DNA from: a virus
Virus record (IMG/VR): IMGVR_UViG_3300025930_000008
Location: 32,001 to 96,000 of that record
Reading direction: 5' to 3' (one strand)
Length of the DNA stretch: 64,000 nucleotides
A program made the translations under genes and the position numbers. Below the pieces are notes generated by a model that had not been told where the DNA came from, ran no database searches, and saw only the letters and a program-made list of their open reading frames with translations. Shown here one piece after another: positions 1 to 8,881 of the stretch (position 1 is the first letter of the stretch; every line of letters begins with the position of its first letter).

Positions 1-435
1 ACCTTTAGGCGCAAGTCCTGCCCCATTACCCGCGTCAAAGTTAGCGGCGGGGCGGAACCAAGGGATGATAGTACCCAAAGGGAGAATAGCAGCGAGCGCA
101 GCCAAGGTCATGTGACCAATGCCGATCTGCTGAGCGCCAATATCTATGCCCTGAACAGAGCCGTCAGCTATGTTAGACGAGTCAACGGCATTGGAAGCTA
201 GCTTCCCATGAGTAACCGCGCCATCTTGAATCTCGTTAGTGCCAACCGCGAAGTCCTGAATCTTATCCTGGGAGATAGCGTTACTCTCAATACCCCCGTT
301 GGGAATTTGCTTGCCCCACGAATTCGTATGATCGTGGTCGTCAATCCTCTGCCAGTTGGCGGCTAGGTCTGTGTGGTTATACTGATCGTCAAGATCATTC
401 CAGACCTTGAGTTGCATTCGATTGGTGGTTATCAT
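1..435 (-). CDS. Tail-fibre-like protein, truncated by window edge; paralog of 435..1190
   Basis: Manual translation MITTNRMQLKVWNDLDDQYNHTDLAANWQRIDDHDH...LPLGTIIPW (tail-collar-like start); TAATG coupling to the upstream gene; not in ORF track. Confidence 0.7.
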   Translation of the reverse strand, partial: MITTNRMQLKVWNDLDDQYNHTDLAANWQRIDDHDHTNSWGKQIPNGGIESNAISQDKIQDFAVGTNEIQDGAVTHGKLASNAVDSSNIADGSVQGIDIGAQQIGIGHMTLAALAAILPLGTIIPWFRPAANFDAGNGAGLAPKG

Positions 436-1190
436 TATGCGTACCTCAACTGCATCTGTGCCTTGACGGTCGCTGTGCTTGTGGCTATCGCGGCGCTGGT
501 AGTAACCTGTATCACGTAGGTGCCCGTAGCTGGCACCGCTACCTCATTAGTTACGCCGGTGGTATATCCTGTGCCGGGGTTAGTCATCACACCAGAGCAA
601 ATAGTGGAACCAATCGTAGCAGTAGCGCTGGTTGAAGTCACCGCATATAATCCTACGGTTACGGTCATCGTCTGCGCCGTGCCGTTATGCATTGAATAAC
701 GAAGGCGAATGTTTGTCGCCTTGCCTGTGATGGTATAGTCTGACCAATCCCAATAGGTTGCAGCGCCAGGCCATGCGGTACCTAACGTACCCGCCGCCGC
801 AGTCGGGTTACTTGTTTCCATAGCGTAAGCACCAGCCGCTACGGCTGCTGGCATTGTAGTCATTACGCTTCGTAGAATACGAGGCGAAGTGAAAAGACCT
901 GTAGGGTCTGCTCCAACCGCTAGGTTAGAAGCCTGGACAGTACCCGTGCCTAGAACTGCGGAAGTGATAGCGCCGGTAGAAAAATGTGAAGCGCCAATAG
1001 TTGCCGGGGCAATGTGAGTGCCAGTGATTGCGCCATTCTGGATACCCGCTGCGCCAACCTGAGCGCCACGACCCGCAGAGTGGTCATGGATATCCAACTT
1101 GAGGAAATTATCTGCTAATTGTTCGTGGTCGTAGGGGTCGGACGGAGAGTTCCAGACTTTTAACGACATGCGGGGGCTTACAAATGCCAT
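435..1190 (-). CDS. Tail-fibre-like structural protein
   Basis: LKVWN..D.YDH..LA.N...D.HDH N-terminus, short G/A-rich repeats, Thr/Ala-rich beta C-terminal domain. Confidence 0.6.
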   Translation of the reverse strand: MAFVSPRMSLKVWNSPSDPYDHEQLADNFLKLDIHDHSAGRGAQVGAAGIQNGAITGTHIAPATIGASHFSTGAITSAVLGTGTVQASNLAVGADPTGLFTSPRILRSVMTTMPAAVAAGAYAMETSNPTAAAGTLGTAWPGAATYWDWSDYTITGKATNIRLRYSMHNGTAQTMTVTVGLYAVTSTSATATIGSTICSGVMTNPGTGYTTGVTNEVAVPATGTYVIQVTTSAAIATSTATVKAQMQLRYA

Positions 1191-1217
1191 CGCCTTTTAC
1201 CACCGCGAACCATGGGT

Positions 1218-1248
1218 AAAAGAAGAAGGCCCGCTCATGGCGGGCCTC
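1218..1248 (-). terminator. Intrinsic terminator closing the tRNA operon
   Basis: AGGCCCGC-catga-GCGGGCCT followed by TCTTCTTTT on the minus strand. Confidence 0.75.
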
Positions 1249-1268
1249 TCGGTACCTTATTCGATTGC

Positions 1269-1397
1269 TATGTGTGACGGATTCTAACCGCGACCTCTCG
1301 GCCTAGCAACTCAACCGGGCACCCTCGGCGGGCGTGGCGAAGCCCCAGGATTTACGTGCCTCTCTATAGCGTAGGCACGACCTCACAGGACACACAC
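1269..1397 (-). ncRNA. tRNA-like structured RNA (~130 nt)
   Basis: Terminal TGTGTG/CACACA stem, 3' T-arm GCGG-TTAGAAT-CCGT, internal CGTGCCT/AGGCACG hairpin; no ORF. Confidence 0.5.
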
Positions 1398-1432
1398 CAT
1401 CTTCTGCTAGCACAACTGTAGCAGGCCAGAGC

Positions 1433-2188
1433 CTAGCCGTCAACCGGTACGCCAAACGCCTGCTGCGTCATGAGTCCCGCCCAATCATGAGCGCGGGAAC
1501 CCATTGCATAATACTTTGCCCAACCTGCGAAGGTCTTAGCCCAATCAGGAACAGAGGCCGGTGCCCAATTAGCAGTCTGGCTTGACAATGCATTCCCCGA
1601 CGCTAGTCGGTCAGCACCATACGGCCAGTTATGATACAGAGTGGCAAGTCGCCAAGCATACTCTGTCTTGTCTGACCTCTGAGCTACTGCCGACTTGGCT
1701 AGGTAGACATTGTAACGATTGTAAAGACTGTTGACCAAGAGGTTCACTTGATACAGAGAGTCAAAAGCACGCTGCACGGCTGGTTCCTCGTAGGGTTCGT
1801 ATACTCTCCTTTGAGTAAAACCACAGTCGGTACCGCCCGCCACTGATACATTGACTGCCGCAATGTAATTACCTGACTCTCCCTGGCAGATCCCTTCAAC
1901 CAGTCCCTTAGGAACTTTAGTTCCGGCGTCGGTACGTACAATACAAGACCGGAGGAAACGTGCTTGACTTTGAGGACCGAATATTCCATCAGCCGACAGA
2001 CCTACAGCTTCCTGCCACAGTTTGACTGCGGCGTCAGTACCTTCACCAAAGGTTCCATCCTCTCCTAGCGGAGCGTTCAACCAGTCTAGAGAATTGAGGC
2101 CCCGCTGGACAGCCCATACTCCCTGATGAATGTCGCCCTTCTTAAAACTATACTTGGTAGAAGTGGGCGGTGTTTGCATAATCCCCAT
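1433..2188 (-). CDS. Endolysin-like protein: peptidoglycan-binding domain plus lysozyme/transglycosylase-like domain
   Basis: DGTFGEGTDAAVKLWQ...GLSADGIFGP (PG-binding); GESG and YHNWP motifs. Confidence 0.7.
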   Translation of the reverse strand: MGIMQTPPTSTKYSFKKGDIHQGVWAVQRGLNSLDWLNAPLGEDGTFGEGTDAAVKLWQEAVGLSADGIFGPQSQARFLRSCIVRTDAGTKVPKGLVEGICQGESGNYIAAVNVSVAGGTDCGFTQRRVYEPYEEPAVQRAFDSLYQVNLLVNSLYNRYNVYLAKSAVAQRSDKTEYAWRLATLYHNWPYGADRLASGNALSSQTANWAPASVPDWAKTFAGWAKYYAMGSRAHDWAGLMTQQAFGVPVDG

Positions 2189-2218
2189 AACATCTGTTAT
2201 AGGTCGGGTCGCACCACT

Positions 2219-2758
2219 TTATTTGGTCCAGGCAGGAGCGTCAAAAATCTGAGCAAGGTCGGCAGGCTTCATCGCTGCCGGTGGAACAGGCCAGATGAAC
2301 CGCCCTCGGGTCAGCGCATCCGAATAAAATCCCGAACAGATAGACGTGGCATATTTCACCGTCACGTACTTTCTATTCAAGGCGAGGTTGAAGAATAAAC
2401 TGACGATGGTACGCCAGCCATACCTATACTTTGCAGCTAGAACATTCTCTGCAAAGGCTAGCACCTGGGTCTGGTCATGCGGGTCCACGTCAACGTGAAC
2501 TAAGGTATACTCTTTCCATTTATACTTGGAGATATGAGTACGCACGACTCCATCACCTAGGGCCTCGGCTAAGTCACCTTGCTCATTAAGTACCAACGCA
2601 GCATGATTCCATGCAGCATACTTGGCTGGGTACCTGAGTTTTTGACCGAACCGAATCAGTTTAGAAAAGAAATAGTCACCGTGAGTGAGGACTAAATCTC
2701 CACACTGTAACGGTGACTCATGGGTCGCACCACTTTGGGTATGTTCTATGTCAGCCAC
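2219..2758 (-). CDS. Permuted papain-like NlpC/P60 (YiiX-type) hydrolase
   Basis: GDLVL...WNHAALV (His) precedes SICSGF (Cys). Confidence 0.7.
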   Translation of the reverse strand: MADIEHTQSGATHESPLQCGDLVLTHGDYFFSKLIRFGQKLRYPAKYAAWNHAALVLNEQGDLAEALGDGVVRTHISKYKWKEYTLVHVDVDPHDQTQVLAFAENVLAAKYRYGWRTIVSLFFNLALNRKYVTVKYATSICSGFYSDALTRGRFIWPVPPAAMKPADLAQIFDAPAWTK

Positions 2759-2766
2759 ATAGATTA

Positions 2767-2839
2767 TAGCTCCGGTAGGAATTGAACCTACGCATGGAGG
2801 CTTATGAAACCTCTGCCTTAACCACTTGGCTACGGAGCC
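2767..2839 (-). tRNA. tRNA-Met(CAT), probably elongator (Ile2 not excluded)
   Basis: Cloverleaf; anticodon arm GAGGT-TT CAT AA-GCCTC. Confidence 0.85.
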
Positions 2840-2888
2840 AGGAGGGACCTGAGTTATTCATCCTCTTGAGGCACGGTCCCAATGCCTA

Positions 2889-2962
2889 CGGGATCGACGG
2901 GACTTGAACCCGCGACCTCCTGCGTGACAGGCAGGCGCTCTAACCGACTGAGCTACGACCCC
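2889..2962 (-). tRNA. tRNA-Asp(GTC)
   Basis: CCTGC-CT GTC AC-GCAGG; T-loop TTCAAGT. Confidence 0.95.
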
Positions 2963-3309
2963 TATGCTTGACCCCACTGACCAGCCCGAACTAAATCCAT
3001 TAGGCTACCGCCAGCTTCGATCCAGATAGTCAACGCTAGCTGAGCTATCTGTGCTTCTTTATTATTCGGAATCCTGATATGATCCTTGCTTGCTACCGCC
3101 TGCATCTTCGCCACGATATAATGGTGAACGTTACGGTGTCCAGTAGGACAGAGCGGTACAGTCTCGGGATGCCACAAACCTATGCCGGTGTCAGGTCGCC
3201 AGAACTTCTGCCACGCTTGAGGCACTACATGATGTAGCTCTTGGGCTATAGGTTTGGGCCTATGGAACATATGCGCATCGCATGTGCGCGCTGTTGTCAC
3301 AGGTATCAT
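2962..3309 (-). CDS. Small HNH-like endonuclease
   Basis: ELHHVVP...LCPTGHRNVH. Confidence 0.6.
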   Translation of the reverse strand: MIPVTTARTCDAHMFHRPKPIAQELHHVVPQAWQKFWRPDTGIGLWHPETVPLCPTGHRNVHHYIVAKMQAVASKDHIRIPNNKEAQIAQLALTIWIEAGGSLMDLVRAGQWGQA

Positions 3310-3317
3310 ACGTATTA

Positions 3318-3388
3318 AGCACCCGAAGGGAATCGAACCCTCAATCTCTGCTTGGAAGGCAGGGGTTATACCATTTAACTACGAGTGC
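3318..3388 (-). tRNA. tRNA-Gly(TCC)
   Basis: CCTGC-CT TCC AA-GCAGA. Confidence 0.93.
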
Positions 3389-3663
3389 ATGTTACGACAG
3401 GTCCAGCAAAGGTAATCATCCATGGCTGCTCGGCGTCCGCAACCATTCCCGCAGCGATTGGAAGCCACCATCCTCTTGACATTCTCGTCGGGCGTAGCCT
3501 TGACATTCGTAGCATTCAAGAAGATGCTTGATGATCGCCTCGCACTCCGCGCTGCTAATTGGCGGGTCTGTTGGTGGACGCCCACCCATCGCTTGTATCC
3601 TTTGAGATAACGTCCTTTCCGCCACTTACGCTTCGCTCCCTGTAGTGGTTTCTGTTGTGGCAT
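3379..3663 (-). CDS. Basic hypothetical protein with C-terminal DDYLC Zn-finger
   Basis: CGNGC...DDYLCWTCR; stop codon inside tRNA-Gly. Confidence 0.55.
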   Translation of the reverse strand: MPQQKPLQGAKRKWRKGRYLKGYKRWVGVHQQTRQLAARSARRSSSIFLNATNVKATPDENVKRMVASNRCGNGCGRRAAMDDYLCWTCRNMHS

Positions 3664-3664
3664 A

Positions 3665-3736
3665 TGGAGGATGAGGGAATCGAACCCTCAACTCCTGCGT
3701 GCAAGGCAGGCATGTTCCCGTTAGCACTAATCCCCC
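3665..3736 (-). tRNA. tRNA-Ala(TGC)
   Basis: CCTGC-CT TGC AC-GCAGG; G3:U70. Confidence 0.95.
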
Positions 3737-3945
3737 GCGTTGACTGGCTCAATTATGCCAGGCATGGCCCATCTTGTCAAGGCTGTTCTTCGACAGTCTG
3801 AGCATAGGTAGTCATCCCATGGTAAGAGTACAGGTTCACCGCACTCAGGACATGCTACCCCGTATTTATTCAACAACGTCTGTTCCGCTTTGCGTGCAGC
3901 CTGAGCGTAATAATCCCGCCACAATTGCGTAGTCGGGTCTACCAT
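3727..3945 (-). CDS. Hypothetical protein with DDYLC Zn-finger
   Basis: CPECG...DDYLCSDCR; stop inside tRNA-Ala. Confidence 0.65.
   Translation of the reverse strand: MVDPTTQLWRDYYAQAARKAEQTLLNKYGVACPECGEPVLLPWDDYLCSDCRRTALTRWAMPGIIEPVNAGD
3752..3780 (-). promoter_or_regulatory. Sigma-A/70-type promoter
   Basis: TTGACA-17 nt-CATAAT just upstream of tRNA-Ala. Confidence 0.7.
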
Positions 3946-3949
3946 ATCA

Positions 3950-4022
3950 AGCCGTCCAGGGGACTTGAACCCCTAACCCCCTGCTTACAAGGCAGGCGCT
4001 CTGCCAATTGAGCTAGGACGGC
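3950..4022 (-). tRNA. tRNA-Thr(TGT)
   Basis: CCTGC-CT TGT AA-GCAGG. Confidence 0.95.
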
Positions 4023-4024
4023 AG

Positions 4025-4669
4025 CTAGTGGAGCGCTGCCCATGTGCGCGCCCCAACTGTTCCATCTGCGGGTAGATTATGTGCCCGCTGGAACGCCTTG
4101 ACTGCTCGCTCAGTATTCTTTCCAAAGAATGGATTGTATCGGTTGCTGTTCGGCTTACCAGTGGCACCGGTTGAGAAATCTCGGATGCCATTATCATACA
4201 GAAGTTTCTTGAGCCGGACAACCGATGGACCCTTGGACTTATACTTGAGTACAGGGTCTACGTTGGCATCCTTGACAGCCGGGTAGCTACCGGGCTTCCA
4301 TTTAATATGCCACCACTCACTAGGAGCATCTGACCATCGTTTCGCAAAACCGTACTTGGCTCCGATCTGATCCACGATGTGACGCATTTGCGGTGTAGCA
4401 AGATCGACCGCCAGCCCCCATCCGTGATTTGAAGTACCTGGGTGGGCAGCGAGATTACCACGTCCTGACCGCCACAAATTCCATAGGTATTGCTGCTGTG
4501 CGTACGTCCGGTACGAGGACATACCGCCAGTTGGTCGAAGAGTAACCCCATACTTACGAACACTCTCCGCGTTCATTGCGTTCCATGCCTTTGCCGCGTC
4601 CTTTCGTAGACGGCCACCGGCAATGTCGCCTAGAGCAACGCCGGGTAGTCTGCCATTAAGGTAAGCCAT
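4025..4669 (-). CDS. Peptidase M15 (VanY-like) endolysin with C-terminal PG-binding domain
   Basis: SYRT, SNHGWGLAVD, EWWH motifs; TERAVKAFQRAHNLPADGTVG. Confidence 0.9.
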   Translation of the reverse strand: MAYLNGRLPGVALGDIAGGRLRKDAAKAWNAMNAESVRKYGVTLRPTGGMSSYRTYAQQQYLWNLWRSGRGNLAAHPGTSNHGWGLAVDLATPQMRHIVDQIGAKYGFAKRWSDAPSEWWHIKWKPGSYPAVKDANVDPVLKYKSKGPSVVRLKKLLYDNGIRDFSTGATGKPNSNRYNPFFGKNTERAVKAFQRAHNLPADGTVGARTWAALH

Positions 4670-4704
4670 TCCATAAACTTACCCACCAGCATGGAAATGA
4701 AAAA

Positions 4705-4775
4705 CTGGGGAACTAGGATTCGAACCTAGACGCTGAGTTCCAAAGACTCATGTGCTGCCGTTACACTATTCCCCA
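4705..4775 (-). tRNA. tRNA-Gln(TTG)
   Basis: TGAGT-CT TTG GA-ACTCA; U1:A72. Confidence 0.93.
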
Positions 4776-5134
4776 TCGGCGTAGCCAGGCTCAGGGTTAG
4801 AAGGTTCTTCGTTATCCATCCTGCGTAGACGCAGAACCATTTCACGAAGTTCCTTATCAGCCTTGTCCTGCGCTGCCTCAGTACGTGACGACTGCCAGCT
4901 TGACCAGTGAGCCACAACAATAGCATACAATGATAGCCAGGTAACAAAGAGAACTTGGTCACCAAAAGCTAAGGCTAATGGTATAGAAACTATCAGCCAG
5001 AAGATAGCAAACCAGCCGTGCAATCTCATGGCATGCTGTGAGTCAGCTAACCAGTTATGTACCTTCTTCATACATATTACATTGAGTTGTGAATGAAAAC
5101 AGTAGGCGGGATTCTGTTCTATCCATGCATCCAT
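4766..5134 (-). CDS. Two-TM membrane protein (holin-like); start uncertain
   Basis: Two hydrophobic segments then charged tail; upstream of the M15 lysin. Confidence 0.5.
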   Translation of the reverse strand: MDAWIEQNPAYCFHSQLNVICMKKVHNWLADSQHAMRLHGWFAIFWLIVSIPLALAFGDQVLFVTWLSLYAIVVAHWSSWQSSRTEAAQDKADKELREMVLRLRRMDNEEPSNPEPGYADGE

Positions 5135-5401
5135 CTATGCTCTCCACCTAGGGGATGCCCTTCCCCGGCTTGAGATTGCATCGCTTCGCTGACGGCAGAG
5201 GTACAAGCGCCCGCACCTATTTGTTGTGGCGGTAGGCGACCGCCTGTCGCTAAGGCTCCCTCCATTTTTACCCGCGCTCGTATCCCTTCCAGGGGATATG
5301 GCTCACGCAATGTCCCGACCTTCCTCGATATTTCTACCGCGCATGGTCGTAATCATTCACACTTAATGTTTATCGTCCACCAATAAACATATTATCGCCT
5401 C

Positions 5402-5566
5402 CTACCAGCGTCGTCCCCAACGGCCATCAGTGCCGCCGCCGAAGTAACTAAACAGTAGAACAACCAACAGCACAACAACTAGAATCCAAATCAGCTTGGT
5501 GAAAACAAAACCACCAACGACTGCTAGGACAACTAGGATTAGAAGTAGCAATAGTAATAGGTCCAT
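5402..5566 (-). CDS. 54-aa hydrophobic membrane peptide
   Basis: MDLLLLLLLILVVLAVVGGFVFTKLIWILVVVLLVVLLFSYFGGGTDGRWGRRW with GGAGG RBS; not in ORF track. Confidence 0.7.
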   Translation of the reverse strand: MDLLLLLLLILVVLAVVGGFVFTKLIWILVVVLLVVLLFSYFGGGTDGRWGRRW

Positions 5567-5609
5567 GATCCTCCCTTCATGCTATTAGCATACAGGAGGG
5601 CACGGATAA

Positions 5610-5680
5610 AGCGGCTAGCGGGAATCGAACCCGCAAATCTTGCATGGCAAGCAAGTAGGTTACCGTTACATCATAGCCGC
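5610..5680 (-). tRNA. tRNA-Gly(GCC)
   Basis: CTTGC-TT GCC AT-GCAAG. Confidence 0.93.
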
Positions 5681-5682
5681 AA

Positions 5683-5754
5683 CGCCCCTAATAGGAATCG
5701 AACCCATCCCTTGTGATCCGAAGTCACACGCGCTATCCAATACACCATAGGGGC
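5683..5754 (-). tRNA. tRNA-Arg(TCG)
   Basis: TGTGA-CT TCG GA-TCACA. Confidence 0.9.
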
Positions 5755-5755
5755 A

Positions 5756-5827
5756 TACCCCCGGTAGGAATCGAACCTACGCACTCGGTTCCGTAGACCG
5801 ACGCTCTATCCACTGAGCTACGAGGGC
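5756..5827 (-). tRNA. tRNA-Arg(ACG)
   Basis: TCGGT-CT ACG GA-ACCGA. Confidence 0.95.
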
Positions 5828-6013
5828 ACGTTCAGGTGCAATGACAGCACCATTGTTTACTAATTCCTGCGGGCTGTTATGGTAGTCACCATCATAACTA
5901 TGCTCATCCATGCGATACCAAACCGTAGATTCATCTACTCTTGTGATGGTACCCCATCCAGTATCTACCCAATACCCATTGTTGGGTAGGTATATCTTCC
6001 GCCCAACAGACAT
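5777..6013 (-). CDS. Hypothetical protein
   Basis: MSVGRKIYLP... start after the HNH stop; reads into tRNA-Arg(ACG). Confidence 0.5.
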   Translation of the reverse strand: MSVGRKIYLPNNGYWVDTGWGTITRVDESTVWYRMDEHSYDGDYHNSPQELVNNGAVIAPERALVAQWIERRSTEPSA

Positions 6014-6029
6014 AAGAGAATGGCGCTCT

Positions 6030-6701
6030 TTACGCAAGCGCCGCGAGAGCCATTGATACTTCGTGGGCAACGCTCGACTCAGCGGGTTCAAACTTACCCT
6101 CCATCCAGTCTTTGACAAGCCTAGCTTCATAGACTGAGCTAGACCCACGACCGATTAGTATGAGTAGCTTGGGACGCTGCTCGGACAGTGCCGTTAGGGC
6201 ACGGTCAGCAAACGCCTTTTCCTGTTCCGTGAGCAAATGAACGATAGATTTGGGTGTACCATTTCTGTCGTGAAGGTCACGGTGACAGTCTATGCAAACA
6301 GGGATGCAGTTTTCCTTGCGGTTAGACCACACTCTCTCGTAGGAATCTAGCTCTCGCAGAATCCAACGGTTGACAAAGTGGTGCTTGGTACTGTCGCCTT
6401 CCTTACCACAAAGTCTACAGGGTGGAGCAACTCTTCTCTGCTCTCTGAACTTATCCCTGCGCCTGCGTATGAGGTCAGGTATCTCGGGAATCTGACCAAG
6501 CGCTTCCCTGAGTCGCTTAAGACATTCAGCCTGCTTAATGCCAGCCTCAAGCAAATCTTCTAGGTCCACATTCTCAACGGACGCCAGCAATTCAAGCTGT
6601 TCATCCGTAGCCTTCTGATGGCTCTGGTTTATCTCAAACCAGTGATGCGGATTGAGGCATGGACTATCACAGCCGATGCCGATGTGCCTTGCGCGACTCA
6701 A
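6030..6701 (-). CDS. HNH endonuclease family protein
   Basis: CRLC...TKHHFV...NCIPVCIDCHRDLH. Confidence 0.75.
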   Translation of the reverse strand: MSRARHIGIGCDSPCLNPHHWFEINQSHQKATDEQLELLASVENVDLEDLLEAGIKQAECLKRLREALGQIPEIPDLIRRRRDKFREQRRVAPPCRLCGKEGDSTKHHFVNRWILRELDSYERVWSNRKENCIPVCIDCHRDLHDRNGTPKSIVHLLTEQEKAFADRALTALSEQRPKLLILIGRGSSSVYEARLVKDWMEGKFEPAESSVAHEVSMALAALA

Positions 6702-6715
6702 ACCTTCCCCCTTTC

Positions 6716-7024
6716 TTACGTTTCGGTATCCTCCCTACACTTAGGGCAGAGATAGTCGTCATCGAGCGTGAAGTATGTCTCAACACACTCACCACAAGTA
6801 GCATTACCTACGGGTGGAGCCAATACCTCCACCTCTTGGATCTGATAGCGCGGGCGATGCTTCTGATGATGGTAGAGAACCGTCAGCCTACCCTCTTTGA
6901 GCGCCTTGTGATAGCTGCTCTTAGGATTGTCACGAATCTCTTTCAACCGCGCGACTACTTCATCAGGAGAGTGTAGATCACGCCCCTTCTGAACAGTCTT
7001 GGCCTTGTACCAATCAACCTGCAT
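6716..7024 (-). CDS. Hypothetical protein with DDYLC Zn-finger
   Basis: Start MQVDWY; CGEC...DDDYLCPKCR. Confidence 0.65.
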   Translation of the reverse strand: MQVDWYKAKTVQKGRDLHSPDEVVARLKEIRDNPKSSYHKALKEGRLTVLYHHQKHRPRYQIQEVEVLAPPVGNATCGECVETYFTLDDDYLCPKCREDTET

Positions 7025-7364
7025 CGCGGCACTCCGGGCAAAGGTAATCGTCCCCAAAGAACGGGGACTCACACTCAGCACAGGGCTTAGCACCAGGCGG
7101 AACACCTTCGTTGAGTACCATTACAGCCCAAGGCTTAGCGACGGGTTCTTCCTCATCCTTATCAGGAATCTTTACCATCATCTTCTTCCCGGTACCCATA
7201 GGAGTTTCGGGTCGGACCTTAGAGTTGTAATGAATCTCCAACTCAGAGTCAGCGTGCCTTCCAGCGCCCTTGCTAATCTTAGCCGCGTACTTCTCGGCTT
7301 CGTCCAAGGTGGCGAAGGTCTTGAGTGGGTATGCGCTTCTGACAATCACCAAGGCCACGTCCAT
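7014..7364 (-). CDS. Hypothetical protein with DDYLC Zn-finger
   Basis: CAEC...GDDYLCPECR. Confidence 0.7.
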   Translation of the reverse strand: MDVALVIVRSAYPLKTFATLDEAEKYAAKISKGAGRHADSELEIHYNSKVRPETPMGTGKKMMVKIPDKDEEEPVAKPWAVMVLNEGVPPGAKPCAECESPFFGDDYLCPECRDAG

Positions 7365-7495
7365 CCGATGACAACAGGACCAATATGAAAGGTATACACC
7401 TTCCCTTGTGTCTCTGCATCGAGAATTGTCTTAGCGACAAAGAAGAATGGGATGCCCCATAGCTTCATCCTAAACTGTCCGTCGATCTGTTGCAT
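7346..7495 (-). CDS. 49-aa leaderless hypothetical protein
   Basis: MQQIDGQFRMKLWGIPFF...; ATG 6 nt after a -10 box. Confidence 0.5.
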   Translation of the reverse strand: MQQIDGQFRMKLWGIPFFFVAKTILDAETQGKVYTFHIGPVVIGWTWPW

Positions 7496-7501
7496 GGCCC
7501 C

Positions 7502-7530
7502 AGGATACCAGGGCGTCAGGGGAAATGCAA
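7502..7530 (-). promoter_or_regulatory. Sigma-A-type promoter for a leaderless mRNA
   Basis: TTGCAT-17 nt-TATCCT-6 nt-ATG. Confidence 0.55.
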
Positions 7531-7531
7531 G

Positions 7532-7604
7532 TAGCGCGTACGGGAATCGAACCCGTGTTACCGCCTTGAGAGGGCGGCGTATTAGGCCACTATACTAACG
7601 CGCC
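7532..7604 (-). tRNA. tRNA-Glu(CTC)
   Basis: CCGCC-CT CTC AA-GGCGG. Confidence 0.93.
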
Positions 7605-7607
7605 ATG

Positions 7608-7728
7608 TAGGGACGTTCATTTGTCGCTTTGGGCCACTCCCTATTAGGGGAGGTACGCTCGCCACACGTACAACTGACACGGGTTCAATACCCGCCGCCT
7701 CTTGACACGGGGTATCCGCCCGTCCCTA
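7608..7728 (-). ncRNA. Multi-branched structured RNA (~120 nt)
   Basis: TAGGGACG/CGTCCCTA closing stem; hairpins CGGGT/ACCCG, GTACG/CGTAC, CTCCC/GGGAG. Confidence 0.55.
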
Positions 7729-8100
7729 AGTTCTGTGTTCCTGGCAGAGAAAGTCACCGGGTAGCGCCGGGTCCCCACACTCTGCACAAAGTAGCTCACC
7801 ATCGAGCGGTTGGGAATTCAATGCGTCAACTCTTTCCTTGCCCGTGGCAAGAAGTGCGTACCACTTACGCTTGAACTCGGTATCCTGTAGGTTAACAGAG
7901 CCAAGGTCATGCCAACTGTTCGGTTGCTCCGTATGACCAATACAAATCCAAGCCGAACTATACTTCTTAGTTGTTTTGCCTTCTTTCTCTACGGGTGCAG
8001 CAGGCAAAGTAAACATATACCACTGATTTGCAGCTTCATGCTCAGGATATCGCATCTTCTTCGCTATCGTTTTGTTACGCAGTTCACGAATGTTACCCAT
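7726..8100 (-). CDS. Hypothetical protein with variant (GDFLC) Zn-finger
   Basis: CAECG...GDFLCQEHR. Confidence 0.65.
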   Translation of the reverse strand: MGNIRELRNKTIAKKMRYPEHEAANQWYMFTLPAAPVEKEGKTTKKYSSAWICIGHTEQPNSWHDLGSVNLQDTEFKRKWYALLATGKERVDALNSQPLDGELLCAECGDPALPGDFLCQEHRT

Positions 8101-8103
8101 CAA

Positions 8104-8177
8104 TACCCCCACTAGGACTCGAACCTAGAACCTTGAGATTAAAAGTCTCCTACTCTAACCAATTGAGTTATGGGGGC
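8104..8177 (-). tRNA. tRNA-Lys(TTT)
   Basis: GGAGA-CT TTT AA-TCTCA. Confidence 0.93.
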
Positions 8178-8185
8178 GCGTCCCC

Positions 8186-8614
8186 TCATACGAGGATGAG
8201 GGGAGTCACATCTACCGACTCTAGATGCTCAAAGTATCCATCCCACGGACGATACATTCGGTTCGTACGCTTCTGGTTATTGTCTGCGTGGCAGAGTCGC
8301 TGCGCAGTATAAGCATCCTGTAGGTCTGCCTTAACAGCCGGGATGGTCCACGCTCCATGAGAGCCGAACGTTCCTCCGGTTGTATAGGTGACGACTACTA
8401 GATAAGCATTCTGACCTGGCTCGATTTCATCGTAACCATAAATATCATCATAATCACTCAACTGCTGCGCGTCCCAGCCAGTTAGCTGAGTTGTGCTGAT
8501 CTTATTGATCGACACGGTAAGACCATAGTCTCCCTGATGGAGCCATGGTCCGTCGCCTTCCTCTGGCGGACTTATCTGGTAAGTATACTCAGAGAACTCT
8601 ACCCAATAGGTCAT
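8186..8614 (-). CDS. Hypothetical phage protein
   Basis: 142-aa ORF filling the inter-tRNA gap. Confidence 0.65.
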   Translation of the reverse strand: MTYWVEFSEYTYQISPPEEGDGPWLHQGDYGLTVSINKISTTQLTGWDAQQLSDYDDIYGYDEIEPGQNAYLVVVTYTTGGTFGSHGAWTIPAVKADLQDAYTAQRLCHADNNQKRTNRMYRPWDGYFEHLESVDVTPLILV

Positions 8615-8641
8615 CGCACGACCCTTTCTTTACTTGTTAGG

Positions 8642-8714
8642 GGTGAACGACGGGAGTCGAACCCGCATCTACATGGACCACAACCATGTGCATTACCATT
8701 ATGCTACGCTCACC
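8642..8714 (-). tRNA. tRNA-His(GTG)
   Basis: CATGG-TT GTG GT-CCATG; encoded G-1:C73. Confidence 0.93.
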
Positions 8715-8722
8715 ATGTTCAG

Positions 8723-8805
8723 TACGCCCGGTGGGATTTGAACCCACAATGCCGCAAGGCCAGAAGGGTTTAAGCCTCCCGCGTATACCGTTCCGCCACG
8801 GGCGC
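8723..8805 (-). tRNA. tRNA-Leu(TAA)
   Basis: GGAGG-CT TAA AC-CCTTC; long variable arm. Confidence 0.92.
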
Positions 8806-8808
8806 TAG

Positions 8809-8881
8809 CTGCCGAGCTAGGGATCGAACCTAGACTTTCCTGATCCAGAGTCAGGCGTGTTTCCAGTTACACCACTCGGCA
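8809..8881 (-). tRNA. tRNA-Gln(CTG)
   Basis: CCTGA-CT CTG GA-TCAGG. Confidence 0.92.
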
